Positions 10,460 to 21,152 are shown, counted from the first letter of the stretch. The stretch is 41,822 nucleotides of DNA from a virus (IMGVR_UViG_3300030098_003679:1-41822); one strand, 5' to 3'. Notes: generated by a model not told the origin, from the sequence alone. Made by a program: numbers and translations.

Positions 10460-11632
10460 CTATTCGCCACCGAAATAATCAATGCCTAAGTCTATTAAGT
10501 CATAAGCACTCCATAGTCCCATAGCTACATTACCAATTAAAGGTAAAGACGAGCCTGCAGCTTGTCTTCCTGCAGCTTTAACGCCCCATAATGCAGCTTT
10601 ATTCCTTAAGTAATTAGCACCTTTCTTCTTCCCAAGAGTAGATACAGTTTGTTTTACTGATTGGTCTTTAATCTTATTAGAAACAGTTTTTTGTAAAGCT
10701 GCCTTTTTAATGCCTTTATCTTTTATATCAAAAGCTCTTGCCATTTCTCTTAATTCTTTAGATTTCATGGTTTTTATATCTTTCATCATACCATCTCTTA
10801 CACTTGAGGATAAAGCACTTCTTATCGACTTATAATCTTTCGGCACATTAGTAATAGCTTTTTTGCCTAAATAACCAGCACTAGCAAGTCTAGCTATATC
10901 TGTAGCACCTTGAGGAGCTCCTAATTGGCTCATTAACATCGGTGTAAAAGCAGCTGCACCACTTTTCATTGCACCACCTTTTAAGAAGTCAGGGAATTTA
11001 TCTTTAAGCATATAAGCTACTCCTCCAAGTCCAGCAGCACCAGCGGCAGTCGTTTTTGGATTATCTCCCATCCATTCAGGGATTGCACCTGAGCCCATAA
11101 AGGTATCACCATGTCTCATATAAGAGCCACTTGGCTTGTATTTACTAAATTCAAGTCTTTCCATTGTACCTAATTCATCAGCAGAAAATCCAGTAGCTTC
11201 TATATCTAAGAAATCTTTTGCAAATCTAGGGTCGTCTCTAAATAAACGATGGACATCTTTCTCTCTAGCTCCCATAGCTATTGCTTCATCAAAAGATGCT
11301 CTCCAAGTAGCATTTTGAGCTGATTTAAAATCATTGTATAAAGTATTAAATGTTTCTACATCTATAGGAATTTGTTTACTTTTAGCAATTCTTTGAAACT
11401 CATTCCAGAGTGTAGTCTTGTCTTTTATTGCTAAATTACCAGGATTATATTGAAGGTTTCCATTGGAGTAAGAGACCGAAGAAGACCCTTTTTGAAGTAA
11501 GTTTTGAAACTCAGTTTGCAAAGCTTTATAAAAATCAGATGTTCTTTGAGCATCTATAGCCTCTTGTCTTTGTCTATTTGCATCTAATAAAGATGCCATA
11601 CGTTCTCTTCTTTCTGAAATGTTTATTGCCAT
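10460..11632 (-). CDS. Putative ejection (internal virion) protein (390 aa)
   Basis: Located in the ejection block. Ala/Gly-rich hydrophobic segments (TTAAGAAGLGGVAY; GSSLPLIGNVAMGLWSAYDL). Confidence 0.6.
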   Translation of the reverse strand: MAINISERRERMASLLDANRQRQEAIDAQRTSDFYKALQTEFQNLLQKGSSSVSYSNGNLQYNPGNLAIKDKTTLWNEFQRIAKSKQIPIDVETFNTLYNDFKSAQNATWRASFDEAIAMGAREKDVHRLFRDDPRFAKDFLDIEATGFSADELGTMERLEFSKYKPSGSYMRHGDTFMGSGAIPEWMGDNPKTTAAGAAGLGGVAYMLKDKFPDFLKGGAMKSGAAAFTPMLMSQLGAPQGATDIARLASAGYLGKKAITNVPKDYKSIRSALSSSVRDGMMKDIKTMKSKELREMARAFDIKDKGIKKAALQKTVSNKIKDQSVKQTVSTLGKKKGANYLRNKAALWGVKAAGRQAAGSSLPLIGNVAMGLWSAYDLIDLGIDYFGGE

Positions 11633-11641
11633 ATCTAATCC

Positions 11642-12298
11642 TTATTTAAAATATTTATTTACTCCAAGCCTTTTAGCTATATTCTCTGGTTCCCATCCCA
11701 TAGCTTCTCTTAAAAGACCCTCTTTTTTCCATTCTATGTTTTCTATAAGCTCTTTATCTTTTTCAGGGTCACCAGTTAGGTAAAGAGGTTTATTGTAATT
11801 AGCGAATTCTTCTGGAGGGTTTACTCTCCATCCAGTCACATCTCTCGCCTTATAAGGCTCACCTTTATCCCATTGCCCATTATTATTTAAATCTTTGTAC
11901 TCATCTCCCTCAGCATACTCAACTAAAGGATTGTAAGTAGCTTCTACACCATAAAAGTCTTTAGTGTAATCATCTTTAGCCTCTAAGTCATAAAAAGGAT
12001 TATCTCCTGTATACACCCCTTCATCTTTCCTCTTATTTATAGCTACTTTTTTATCTATCAAAGCCTGTCTTTCCTTTATTTCTTTCTCTTTCCTCCTTAT
12101 CTCTCTTCTTTCCTCAATTGTTTCTACAAATCTATCCAAAAGCGATTTTCCAGGCTTATAAGCACCTCTTCTAGCATTTGACATAATACTTTTAAATCCT
12201 TCAACAGCATTAGCCTCTCTATTCATAGACTCAGCTAATAGCCCTGCTAATAAAGGGCTTTGAAATGTAGCTCCAAAATTGCTATCATAGTAACTCAT
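11642..12298 (-). CDS. Putative internal virion protein with a DxNxNGxWD loop (218 aa)
   Basis: Long ORF in the operon. Contains EYKDLNNNGQWDKGEPY, a Dx[DN]xDG-like Ca-binding loop. Confidence 0.55.
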   Translation of the reverse strand: MSYYDSNFGATFQSPLLAGLLAESMNREANAVEGFKSIMSNARRGAYKPGKSLLDRFVETIEERREIRRKEKEIKERQALIDKKVAINKRKDEGVYTGDNPFYDLEAKDDYTKDFYGVEATYNPLVEYAEGDEYKDLNNNGQWDKGEPYKARDVTGWRVNPPEEFANYNKPLYLTGDPEKDKELIENIEWKKEGLLREAMGWEPENIAKRLGVNKYFK

Positions 12299-12940
12299 CT
12301 ATTCAAATAGTCCTGTAATAGCATCCCATGCTCCTTTAGCCGCATCAACCGTCTGACCTATTCCCCCTCCTTCTAAAAAGTCAAAAACTTGACCCCCTAT
12401 ACCAGACATTGCATCTGCTTGTTTTTCTCTCATTCCTTGTTGGTACATTAAATTTTGCTGTCTAGCGCTAGCTAAAGTATTAGCAGCTGCTCCAGCCTTA
12501 CCATAAAGGTCTGAAGACATTCTCATTCTATCTGCGTGCCCCCTATTGTAGTTCTCTAAAGCATTTGCTATAGCGGTGCTTATAGCGTTCTGACTTAAAT
12601 TTCTTGAAGAAATACTATCGTCAACCATTCCTGTAGCCTCATTTGCAGCTCTTCTTGCTATGTCTGTCATAGCATCTAAATTCTGTCCTCTTATATTATC
12701 TCTCATTTGAACATTCATTTGACTATTGGGGTCGGCATATTGCCCAGCTTGATATAATAAGTTTTTATAAGACTCCTCTAAAGGGTTTATAGACTGCTGA
12801 AGTTGAGCAAAAGAAGGTCCTTGAGTCCTGTGCCTCTCTATTCCATAATCTATAGCCATAGCAAACGGGTCCCACCATTGAGCTTGAGGAATAGATGTTG
12901 GTTGAGTATTAACGTTTTCTAAATTTTGTAATGATGACAT
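12299..12940 (-). CDS. Putative ejection protein, Q/A/N-rich helical (213 aa)
   Basis: AAGGAG SD upstream. Composition and position are typical of podoviral ejection proteins. Confidence 0.6.
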   Translation of the reverse strand: MSSLQNLENVNTQPTSIPQAQWWDPFAMAIDYGIERHRTQGPSFAQLQQSINPLEESYKNLLYQAGQYADPNSQMNVQMRDNIRGQNLDAMTDIARRAANEATGMVDDSISSRNLSQNAISTAIANALENYNRGHADRMRMSSDLYGKAGAAANTLASARQQNLMYQQGMREKQADAMSGIGGQVFDFLEGGGIGQTVDAAKGAWDAITGLFE

Positions 12941-12953
12941 AATTCTCCTTTAA

Positions 12954-13448
12954 TTAAACTCCTGTCCAACCACCACCATATCCACCTATATTTTGCTGAG
13001 AGTAATCTATAGTAGGATTAACAGGCATAGGGCTTGGTTGATAATGTGAACTAAATTTTTGTCCTGTATATTGAGGTGTAGTAGGCGGCATAGGACCTTG
13101 AGGCATAGGAGGTTGAACCATAGGTGGTTGCATTTGTGGCCCCATTTGCGGTTGAGAGCCAGCCATAGCTTGCCCTAATAAACCACTAGCTTTCTTTCTA
13201 AGTTGTCCTTTTATAAATTTATTACTAGCAAGATTCTTTATACCAGCACCTATTTTACTGCCTACTCCACCTAACATGTTACCTAATGGACCAGCACCAA
13301 ATAAACCAGCACCACCAAGACCTAAACCTAATAAACCAAGGCCTTCGCCAAACTTCATTTGCTTTATACCTTTACCTATCTTCTTTAGGTTCTTTCCAGT
13401 ACCTATATCTTTAAGTCTTAATTTTTTTAAATTACTAAATAATCCCAT
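12954..13448 (-). CDS. Putative ejection/pilot protein, Gly-rich with a Pro/Gln-rich tail (164 aa)
   Basis: GLGLLGLGLGGAGLFGAGPLG hydrophobic segment and PQMGPQMQPPM low-complexity tail. First gene after an internal promoter. Confidence 0.6.
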   Translation of the reverse strand: MGLFSNLKKLRLKDIGTGKNLKKIGKGIKQMKFGEGLGLLGLGLGGAGLFGAGPLGNMLGGVGSKIGAGIKNLASNKFIKGQLRKKASGLLGQAMAGSQPQMGPQMQPPMVQPPMPQGPMPPTTPQYTGQKFSSHYQPSPMPVNPTIDYSQQNIGGYGGGWTGV

Positions 13449-13470
13449 TTAAACCCCTTTTCATCGTCAT

Positions 13471-13499
13471 AATATAACGAAGTTTTACATTTATTCCAA
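13471..13499 (-). promoter_or_regulatory. Putative late promoter TTGGAA-N17-TATATT upstream of the ejection block
   Basis: Sigma70-like hexamers with a 17-bp spacer in a 55-bp intergenic gap. The same motif occurs at 36109, 39727 and 39876. Confidence 0.65.
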
Positions 13500-13503
13500 C
13501 TAT

Positions 13504-14046
13504 TTAAAAATTTGTTCCAAAAAATATTGAGTTGTCTGTTGCTACAGGTAAATCATAATCAACTGTAACATAACAATATGTAAATCTTGTTGTTCCTCCT
13601 GAATGAGCATCTAAATCAACTCTTACTCTTAAACTGTTTAATAATGCATTAGTCCAAGCATTTGAACCATCATGTGTTGTTCTAGTTGTATATGTCTGTG
13701 TCCTGTAATTTCTATGAGCAGCTTGAGACCCAGAGGATTCTGTGTAATAATCACCACTAGGACTTGTTAATTTAGTTTCTAGTGTAAAAGATGCTCCTCT
13801 TCCATTATTACCAGCCTTTGTAACTAATGTAATGCTATTAATAGCACTATGAGATTCAGAAAAATCCTGAAGTTCTACTGTACAAGTGCTACCAGCAGAT
13901 GTTGAGCTAAGATAACTACTATCAGTTGCTACTGTTCCTGTATGGTCATCATCTATTAAAGCATATACATCAGAGCCTGTTGACAAACTCCAATCATTGA
14001 CAACAGTAGGCACATTTGCATTAGGTAGTAAATTAACAGTAGCCAT
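13504..14046 (-). CDS. Tail-associated beta-sandwich protein (180 aa)
   Basis: S/T/D-rich with a beta-strand pattern. Coupled (TAATG) to the upstream fibre-like gene. Confidence 0.5.
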   Translation of the reverse strand: MATVNLLPNANVPTVVNDWSLSTGSDVYALIDDDHTGTVATDSSYLSSTSAGSTCTVELQDFSESHSAINSITLVTKAGNNGRGASFTLETKLTSPSGDYYTESSGSQAAHRNYRTQTYTTRTTHDGSNAWTNALLNSLRVRVDLDAHSGGTTRFTYCYVTVDYDLPVATDNSIFFGTNF

Positions 14047-15464
14047 TAAAACTGAAAGTCCAATGTTGCAACACCATAAGCTATTTCATTATCAGCATCC
14101 CAATAAAATGAGATAATATCAACATGATTAGCATCTGTTGTTAGTGTTGGAGCAGAGCCACCTGCCCATTTAACTCCTACTGCCCCATCAGCAGAAGACT
14201 CATCAGATTCAAAAACCTTCCAATTAGTTACTGTGTTACTGCCACTACCATTTTGTTTTAATAACAACACAAAATTACCTGACATATTGGGAAATGTTAA
14301 TTTTACATTTGTTATGCTTCCACCAACAAATGTTAGATTCTGCTTATTGCCCAGCCTAAAATCTACTTCAGTATTAGTAGCATCATAAGTAGGTTCTAAT
14401 TGATTAAAACCTACACTAGCCCCATAAAAATATAATTGATTCCCATCAGTTCCCTGCTCCAATACTCTAAATATCTCATCACCACCTACAAAAAGCTTTA
14501 AACTGTCTGCTGAATTTTCATATATATAAGTATCTCCACCACCATCAAGATATAATTTTTTTGTGGCATCTATTTTAACATCTGCACCTGTTATAAGCAA
14601 ATCTCCATCAGGGTCAATAGTTAAATGTGCTGCTGTACCTCCAGCATCTGCTGTCCTAATAGTAGTTGCTCCATTAGCTGCTGTATAAATTTGAAAAAAA
14701 TCATCAGATGAAGCCCCTCCATCTTCGTATAAAGTCAATGACGAATAAGCACCATTAGTAGAAACATTTCCAAAAGTAGTTCCGTCATCTTTAAAATATA
14801 TCTCACCACCATCTGCATCTAGGGTGATATCACCACTAGAGTCTATCGCTAAATCTCCAGATATGATTGTATCTAATGATGTAATAGTTAAGTCTCCACT
14901 AGAATAGGTAACATCACCTAAATCATTTAGATTTGCAACAGTACTAGTACCTGCTCCTATGTAACTCCTTAGATTCGCCCCAGTAACATACTTAATAACC
15001 CCACTATCTGACATTAAGAATTTATCAGTATCAGAACCAATAGCAGAGATATTGTTTATTGTTAAGCCACTACTACTTAAAGAAGCTAAATCAGCACTGT
15101 CATCTTTAAACGCAAAATCTCCTCCATCAGCATTAAATTCTATATCTCCAGGTGAATCAATAGTTAGATTTCCTGTTTTTGCTACTTGAAAATTAGTAAA
15201 CTTAGCTAAAGAACCTAATTTTATAGTTGAAGTTTCTCCAGCTCTTTCATTTAAAACACTTAAAACAGTATTATTGTATGTAAGAGTATCATATTTAGTT
15301 AATTTAAACTTAGCATTATTGACTCTAATACCAGTTTTTGTAGTTGCCATTTTACCAGCACCATTCTCGCTTGAGCTTGACAATTCATTTAAAGTTTTGT
15401 AGATATCATTAAATATTCTTGAAAACTGTGCATCCTTTACTATAGGCGCTTTCTTTGTAGCCAT
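14046..15464 (-). CDS. Tail fibre/needle-like protein (472 aa)
   Basis: Repeated LxIDSxGDIxxxADGGxxxFKDD units. The C-terminal LLLKQNGSGS...VKWAGGSAPTLTTDANHVDIISFYWD module is typical of phage fibre tips. Confidence 0.65.
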   Translation of the reverse strand: MATKKAPIVKDAQFSRIFNDIYKTLNELSSSSENGAGKMATTKTGIRVNNAKFKLTKYDTLTYNNTVLSVLNERAGETSTIKLGSLAKFTNFQVAKTGNLTIDSPGDIEFNADGGDFAFKDDSADLASLSSSGLTINNISAIGSDTDKFLMSDSGVIKYVTGANLRSYIGAGTSTVANLNDLGDVTYSSGDLTITSLDTIISGDLAIDSSGDITLDADGGEIYFKDDGTTFGNVSTNGAYSSLTLYEDGGASSDDFFQIYTAANGATTIRTADAGGTAAHLTIDPDGDLLITGADVKIDATKKLYLDGGGDTYIYENSADSLKLFVGGDEIFRVLEQGTDGNQLYFYGASVGFNQLEPTYDATNTEVDFRLGNKQNLTFVGGSITNVKLTFPNMSGNFVLLLKQNGSGSNTVTNWKVFESDESSADGAVGVKWAGGSAPTLTTDANHVDIISFYWDADNEIAYGVATLDFQF

Positions 15465-18400
15465 TATTTTACTTTGCCCATTCTATATATAATGCCTATA
15501 GAAAATATTGTTGAAGTTGAATTATACTTATCAGTTGTTTCATCTAAAGTTCCATCTCCCCAGAATAATTGAATAGCTTTTCCTTTTTTGTAACTACCTG
15601 ATAACTTGTATTCATAAGTGCCAGCTCCTGTTGTCTGCCCTGTAGAAGTTACAGTAACCGCATTTCCATCTACTTTTACTACAGGAGTATCAATAGTACC
15701 ATCAGCTTCTACCTTTATTTTTACAAACCTTTTATCAATAGTATCAGCATCCATAGTAAATTTCTTAGATATCCACTGGTACCCATCTTTTGCATCTGAC
15801 TCTGTTTCCCAGAGCGAAGACTGCGCAAACATATATAAACTACCATCTGACTTTGTTGTGAAAAAACCTAAATTTTGACTTGAAACATCTAAGTATGAAG
15901 AAGGAAGCATCTTTTTTAAGTCCCATCTTTGTTTTAATAGATGATAACAAAATATGTAAGTGTAGTTATTATAAGTTACAGCAAATCCTATCTGATTTGT
16001 TTTATAAAGAAATATAGCTTTAAAATCTCCAGATGAGGCAAAAGTTTTCCATCCGCCATCTACTCCAGAAAAATCATCACTCTCTATAGGATAACTAATT
16101 ATTTTAGCATTAGAACCATCATGCTGATATATGTGATTTCTGTCAGCATAAAACATTCCATATTCCGTAACAACAACCCCATCTTTACTAGTGCAACCAA
16201 ACCCATGTAACACATCCTCTTCAGTAAAAGAATCAGGGTCTATCCTTACAGTGGCATTATTTGTAAAAACATAAAGCTTACCATTAAAACTGGTCATTGC
16301 ATTAATTTCTTCTTCTACCCCTAATGCATTATCAGAGTCTCCTAAAAACTGACTAAACTTATTTTTTTGAGACCTTAATATTGTAGTTTTAGGAGGTCTG
16401 TCTACATTTATATGCTGAACATCTGATACAAAAAGATAGTTTCCGCATTTAACAGATAAACCATAGTTTGCCGAAACATGTGTAGTAGTAAAACTAAGAC
16501 CTGTATAGCCATCGTAATCTTGCCCACTCGCAATACTCTCTGCCCCCCTATCTCTAACAACAGTTTCGAGTATACTTTTACCTGCTAGTGTGCTAGGTTT
16601 AAAATTAGCTGTATCAGCAGGTATAGATTTTACAAGATAATAAAACATACCTTCCTCGTTTTTTCTCCAAAGATTAACCCTGGTAACTCTAGGAGATATA
16701 TTTCCTGGCAAAGATATATTAACATCAATCGACGCATAATCTGTTGTGTTGTTTCTGTAAAGATAGTCACTAACAGTTAATGGAGAGTCTTGAAACCCAT
16801 CATACTCATATGACAATTTATACCATCTAGTAGTTTGCTGAGGAAAATAATCGGCATAACTTTGGGTATTATCACCACTTGGGTGGTCAGTATCCACCCC
16901 TGAAAATGTGACATCAGATAATGTGTTAGCCTCTTGATGTTTACTAATAGCATATATAGATAGTTTATTAGCATTTGTTCCTTCAGTTGGAGAATCTGAA
17001 AAGTCATCAGTAGTTGTAGGAGTAAAGTCAAGTTCATCAGTTAAAGTGCAATGAAATGCATCCTTTGTCCCTTCTTTATTAAATACCGATAATTCATAGT
17101 CATTTACCCCATATTCAGATTTATTTCCTGTTGCATCGGCATTAACAGTACCTGTTCCTGTAAGACCAGCAGGGTTTCCTTTTGGCCATATATGCCCTAT
17201 CATTAATCGATTTGTGCTTTCTACAGGAGTTTCTTCAGTTCCAGTCAAAAGACCAAAAGATGATGCAGCTAAGCTATTGTTATGAGCCTCTAATCTAAAT
17301 ATTTTTGAATATCCCAAGTCATTCATATTTGCACTTCCTCTAAGAGATGTAGTCTCATACGGTCCTAGATTCCCTGTAAATATAGATTGTGAGAAATTAT
17401 TAGACAAAAAAGCCACTTGAGCACCAGAAACTGCTCCAACAGGTAAATTGGATATAGAAAAGCAATTTTCAATTCGAGATTGACCTGTGTTAAATCCATT
17501 AAAGTCAATGTTATGCATAAAACTTATAAAAGGGAAATCCACATCACTTGAAAAGTTGTCATAACTAGATGGGGAGACACTAATAGCCCTGCCAAATGTT
17601 ATAAACTTAGAAGGACCATTAGGAATTATATCTTCTACATCCCTAATAGCAGATGTTAATATTCCACTACTATCTACAAGATTTGTAACGTCAATAGAGT
17701 TATCATCTTGACCTGGTATCCCCTGGGTACCATCAATAGAAAACGCAGCATTTGTATTTTGAGGGCTAGCTTCTTTAGAAGCGTCTCCACCAGTTGCCGA
17801 AACAATATTAGTAGAACTAGTCCCTTTAAAGTAGCCACATAATCCGTTTGTAGCAATCGAATCATCAGCAATAAGAGTATCGTACTTATCACCTAATTCT
17901 GCAGTAGTGTTGAGTTTGATAACATTTCCAAATCTTGAAACTCCACTTGAAAGTTCATCTCCAGTCTCTTCATTATCATAAGACAAGAATAAAGAACTAT
18001 ACTTTGGATTGTTATCATTAGTATTAGAGGGCCAAGAAATATCGCCACTAGAATTGGCAATGTTAAATTCGCTTAACATTTTATTCCTAGTGTGAGCTGT
18101 AAGTCTATTAGGAAGCTGATAAGGTAACCACTTGAAAATTCTAACAGTAGCTCCTTCACTTTCATTTAGATTGCAACAAGTTGTAGACAGGTTAATATCT
18201 TGATATGTATTACAATCTTGGGTTACACCATAAGCTGAACTATCACTCCATTGGGGCCCATTCCTAGCCCATCTCCATCCTACATTTGCATGCCTAGTAT
18301 AATAAGCTCCATAATTTTCTAAATTCCCGCTAGAAATCCACAAGCATGAAGTTCCCCTTACTTGTCGTATTCTTTTCCCCCAATTTCTACCGTGAGTATC

Positions 18401-20818
18401 CTCTCCGTATTGGTGTTTGTTAGTCCTATGGTGGTCCCATAAATCCTCTAGTAAATACCCTTTATGAAAATTAACATAGCATCCTACTACATGAGATAAA
18501 GATGATTCATCGCTATTTCCATTTGGTACTTTATACAAATCACTTAAATCTATCAAAGAATTGGGTATAGGTTTAAATACAATTGAATCTTCTATGTGCT
18601 CTGCATGGTCATCTTCATACCATGTTGGCCTAGATTGCCCTACTTTGGTTTCAGTTTTCTCGTCCCAACCTGATGTTGAATTTGGCTCTATTACAGAATG
18701 CGTTATTCTGCTTTTACCATAATGCTCCATTACATGGGTTCCTTCCTCAGGATAATTACTAGGATTAGTTCCTCTGCTATCCATATACCAAGGTCCTCCA
18801 CCGTTTAAAAGCACAGAGTAATTTTCATTCCAGTCGTTAGTTAATTCTGGGCTTGAATGATTAAAGACTACTTGATTATTCCAACTAGCTGTCTCTTCTC
18901 CATTATCATTTATAGCTCCATTGCTAATATAACTACCAAAACCTCCATTAGAATTAGCATTATATGTTGTAGCACCAGGAGTTGGGACTTCTCTTTTTAT
19001 CCATCTCATATAAGTTTTCTGTTTTGCACTACCACTTGGTACACCTTCTGTAAAGTATGGCCCAATCGTAGCTTGCCTAGCATAATCTGAAGTGTCGCCT
19101 TTTGCATGTTCCCTTATTTGCATCATAGAAAATGACTTATCGTTAAAATATACGTCAAGAACACCTCCTCCATTTAACTCATCACCTCTTATATGTTGTA
19201 ATGCATCACCATGATGGTCATATCTTTCATAAGAGCACCATAGAAATCTAAAACAACAAAAAGGATTTAAAGTGGGGCTATCTACTGGTAAATAAGGAGT
19301 GGCCCTAAACCAGCTCTTGTCAGGGTCTTCATCGTCAACATCCAATGGGCTAGCTAATATCCATAATTTACCATTTCCACTAGCATCAACGGTCTCTAGA
19401 ATATCGCTTATTTCTTGACCACCTTCATATTCAAGTCCTTCATCTTCATCAAATCCTTTTGTATATAGTGGGGTAGACTCATATCCATAATTCTTAGAGT
19501 TAATATTACTAGCTTTAGGAACAGAGTCTTCTGGAGCAAAGAATATGTTAATAGTTTTGTCTAATATAGGTGTCCATCCATCTGCGAGCCCAGAAGAGCC
19601 TAAAATAACAGCTCCATCTGCTGTAGTATGGTCAATATTAGGAATTGTTAGCAAGTGAATTCTCCCTGTATTTTCTATATCCGTATCATTTCCTTTTTCA
19701 TAGACCCATACTTTTAAAAACTTTTTACTAGAAACGCATTTACATATATTGTCAATAGTGAAATTTAATGAAGCAGAAATATACGCCTTTCCAGTATCAG
19801 CGTTTATTAGGGCTAAATAATCAGTATCTCTTTTAAAGGCAATATGTATGACTTTACTATCACTGCTAAGTGCAGTTAAGTTTTTAACTGATTCAGAAAC
19901 AGTATAATCAGTAAATGACTGTTGGAAAGTTATCATTTTGTCATATCCAAAACCGCTTATCGCAGGTGATACTAGCTTGTCGTCTAGCATTAAAAAGCCT
20001 GATAGACTACTTACATTAGCTTTTTTTATCCTTCCAAGCCACTTAGTAGTGTGAGAAGAACCGCATCCTATAAAAAAGATATTATTTTTAGCAACAATAG
20101 AAGGATTGTCATTATGACTTATCTTATGTGGAAATGTAGAGAAATCATTCACTAAATCACCTGTCCCTAACTGCTCATTAACACCCTGGCCAACAGTTGC
20201 AATTCTTGAAGAGCTTTCAGTTCCATCTGCGTTATATTCAAACAAGTTTTTATTCCAGTCATAGACTCCATCTACCCATCCATTTTTACTTACCACAACC
20301 ATGTTTTCTTTATCATCAGAGTCTTCGCTTTTATAGGTAAAGGATGAAACTGGATTAATAGCTCTATATATATGAACTATAGGGTCAGAATCTAAATCAG
20401 TAAAGTGCTCTACTGCGGTTGTTCCTAATTGCCCTCTAACTACGTCTATAAAACCGTGACTTCCTTCATCAGTTATTCCTGTTAATAACATAATTTCAGA
20501 CGTAGTTCTAGTCTCATTTTCTACAATTATATAATCATCTACTAATAAATTTCCTAAATTACTACCTATGTATAAAATTCTAGTTTGTGTAAAGCCTATA
20601 TCTCCATCTACTTTTAAACCAGTATCTACCTTTATCTTAGCATGGTCTACATGACCACCTTTCAATCTATCACCTTTTCTTGCTCTTAAAACGCCCCCTG
20701 GGCCATTACCTTCTACGTTATATGATAATATAGGTGCATCATCAGGAGTCTCTCTTGGGTCTGCATTGCTTATTGTACCAGCATTAAAATTCTTTATTTC
20801 TTTTATACTTCTAGCCAC
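15464..20818 (-). CDS. Giant tail nozzle/stabilisation-type protein (1784 aa, GTG start)
   Basis: N-terminal IKNFNAGTISNADPRE. C-terminal beta-propeller-like repeats (INAMTSFNGKLYVFT; GCTSKDGVVVTEYGMFYADRNHIYQHDG) and WISKKFTMD...KRFVKIKV, as in P22 gp10/podoviral tail stabilisation proteins. Confidence 0.7.
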   Translation of the reverse strand: MARSIKEIKNFNAGTISNADPRETPDDAPILSYNVEGNGPGGVLRARKGDRLKGGHVDHAKIKVDTGLKVDGDIGFTQTRILYIGSNLGNLLVDDYIIVENETRTTSEIMLLTGITDEGSHGFIDVVRGQLGTTAVEHFTDLDSDPIVHIYRAINPVSSFTYKSEDSDDKENMVVVSKNGWVDGVYDWNKNLFEYNADGTESSSRIATVGQGVNEQLGTGDLVNDFSTFPHKISHNDNPSIVAKNNIFFIGCGSSHTTKWLGRIKKANVSSLSGFLMLDDKLVSPAISGFGYDKMITFQQSFTDYTVSESVKNLTALSSDSKVIHIAFKRDTDYLALINADTGKAYISASLNFTIDNICKCVSSKKFLKVWVYEKGNDTDIENTGRIHLLTIPNIDHTTADGAVILGSSGLADGWTPILDKTINIFFAPEDSVPKASNINSKNYGYESTPLYTKGFDEDEGLEYEGGQEISDILETVDASGNGKLWILASPLDVDDEDPDKSWFRATPYLPVDSPTLNPFCCFRFLWCSYERYDHHGDALQHIRGDELNGGGVLDVYFNDKSFSMMQIREHAKGDTSDYARQATIGPYFTEGVPSGSAKQKTYMRWIKREVPTPGATTYNANSNGGFGSYISNGAINDNGEETASWNNQVVFNHSSPELTNDWNENYSVLLNGGGPWYMDSRGTNPSNYPEEGTHVMEHYGKSRITHSVIEPNSTSGWDEKTETKVGQSRPTWYEDDHAEHIEDSIVFKPIPNSLIDLSDLYKVPNGNSDESSLSHVVGCYVNFHKGYLLEDLWDHHRTNKHQYGEDTHGRNWGKRIRQVRGTSCLWISSGNLENYGAYYTRHANVGWRWARNGPQWSDSSAYGVTQDCNTYQDINLSTTCCNLNESEGATVRIFKWLPYQLPNRLTAHTRNKMLSEFNIANSSGDISWPSNTNDNNPKYSSLFLSYDNEETGDELSSGVSRFGNVIKLNTTAELGDKYDTLIADDSIATNGLCGYFKGTSSTNIVSATGGDASKEASPQNTNAAFSIDGTQGIPGQDDNSIDVTNLVDSSGILTSAIRDVEDIIPNGPSKFITFGRAISVSPSSYDNFSSDVDFPFISFMHNIDFNGFNTGQSRIENCFSISNLPVGAVSGAQVAFLSNNFSQSIFTGNLGPYETTSLRGSANMNDLGYSKIFRLEAHNNSLAASSFGLLTGTEETPVESTNRLMIGHIWPKGNPAGLTGTGTVNADATGNKSEYGVNDYELSVFNKEGTKDAFHCTLTDELDFTPTTTDDFSDSPTEGTNANKLSIYAISKHQEANTLSDVTFSGVDTDHPSGDNTQSYADYFPQQTTRWYKLSYEYDGFQDSPLTVSDYLYRNNTTDYASIDVNISLPGNISPRVTRVNLWRKNEEGMFYYLVKSIPADTANFKPSTLAGKSILETVVRDRGAESIASGQDYDGYTGLSFTTTHVSANYGLSVKCGNYLFVSDVQHINVDRPPKTTILRSQKNKFSQFLGDSDNALGVEEEINAMTSFNGKLYVFTNNATVRIDPDSFTEEDVLHGFGCTSKDGVVVTEYGMFYADRNHIYQHDGSNAKIISYPIESDDFSGVDGGWKTFASSGDFKAIFLYKTNQIGFAVTYNNYTYIFCYHLLKQRWDLKKMLPSSYLDVSSQNLGFFTTKSDGSLYMFAQSSLWETESDAKDGYQWISKKFTMDADTIDKRFVKIKVEADGTIDTPVVKVDGNAVTVTSTGQTTGAGTYEYKLSGSYKKGKAIQLFWGDGTLDETTDKYNSTSTIFSIGIIYRMGKVK

Positions 20819-21020
20819 TTTTCTCCTTTACCTTACACTGACACTTAGAGCACTTGTTTTCTAGGCTAGAATCTATCATATTTTGCATTCTAGCTATATT
20901 TCCTTGCATAGTTCTAATCTCAACCTCTAAGCGTCTAATTTTATGAGCATCAGGATTTACTCCTAACTTCTGTTTAATCATTCTCTCTATTTGATTCATC
21001 AATGCTTTTTTAACTATCAT
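20811..21020 (-). CDS. Small coiled-coil protein with C-terminal CxxCxC (69 aa)
   Basis: Overlaps both neighbours in the operon. Ends in CSKCQCK. Confidence 0.55.
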   Translation of the reverse strand: MIVKKALMNQIERMIKQKLGVNPDAHKIRRLEVEIRTMQGNIARMQNMIDSSLENKCSKCQCKVKEKSG

Positions 21021-21139
21021 TAATATTTCTTTTTAGGCTTAGCTTTAGTTACTTTCTTGCCTGTTTTTTTAGCATAAGTTTTAGCTTTGGCTTTACCTTT
21101 TTTCGTATAGCTGAACTTCTTTTTTCCTACTTTTGGCAT
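21020..21139 (-). CDS. Very small Lys-rich basic protein (39 aa, MPKVGKKKFSYTKKGKAKAKTYAKKTGKKVTKAKPKKKY), absent from the ORF track
   Basis: AAGGAG SD, ATG at 21139, TAA overlapping the next ATG. 18 of 39 residues are Lys. Confidence 0.75.
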   Translation of the reverse strand: MPKVGKKKFSYTKKGKAKAKTYAKKTGKKVTKAKPKKKY

Positions 21140-21152
21140 TTTAACTCCTTTA

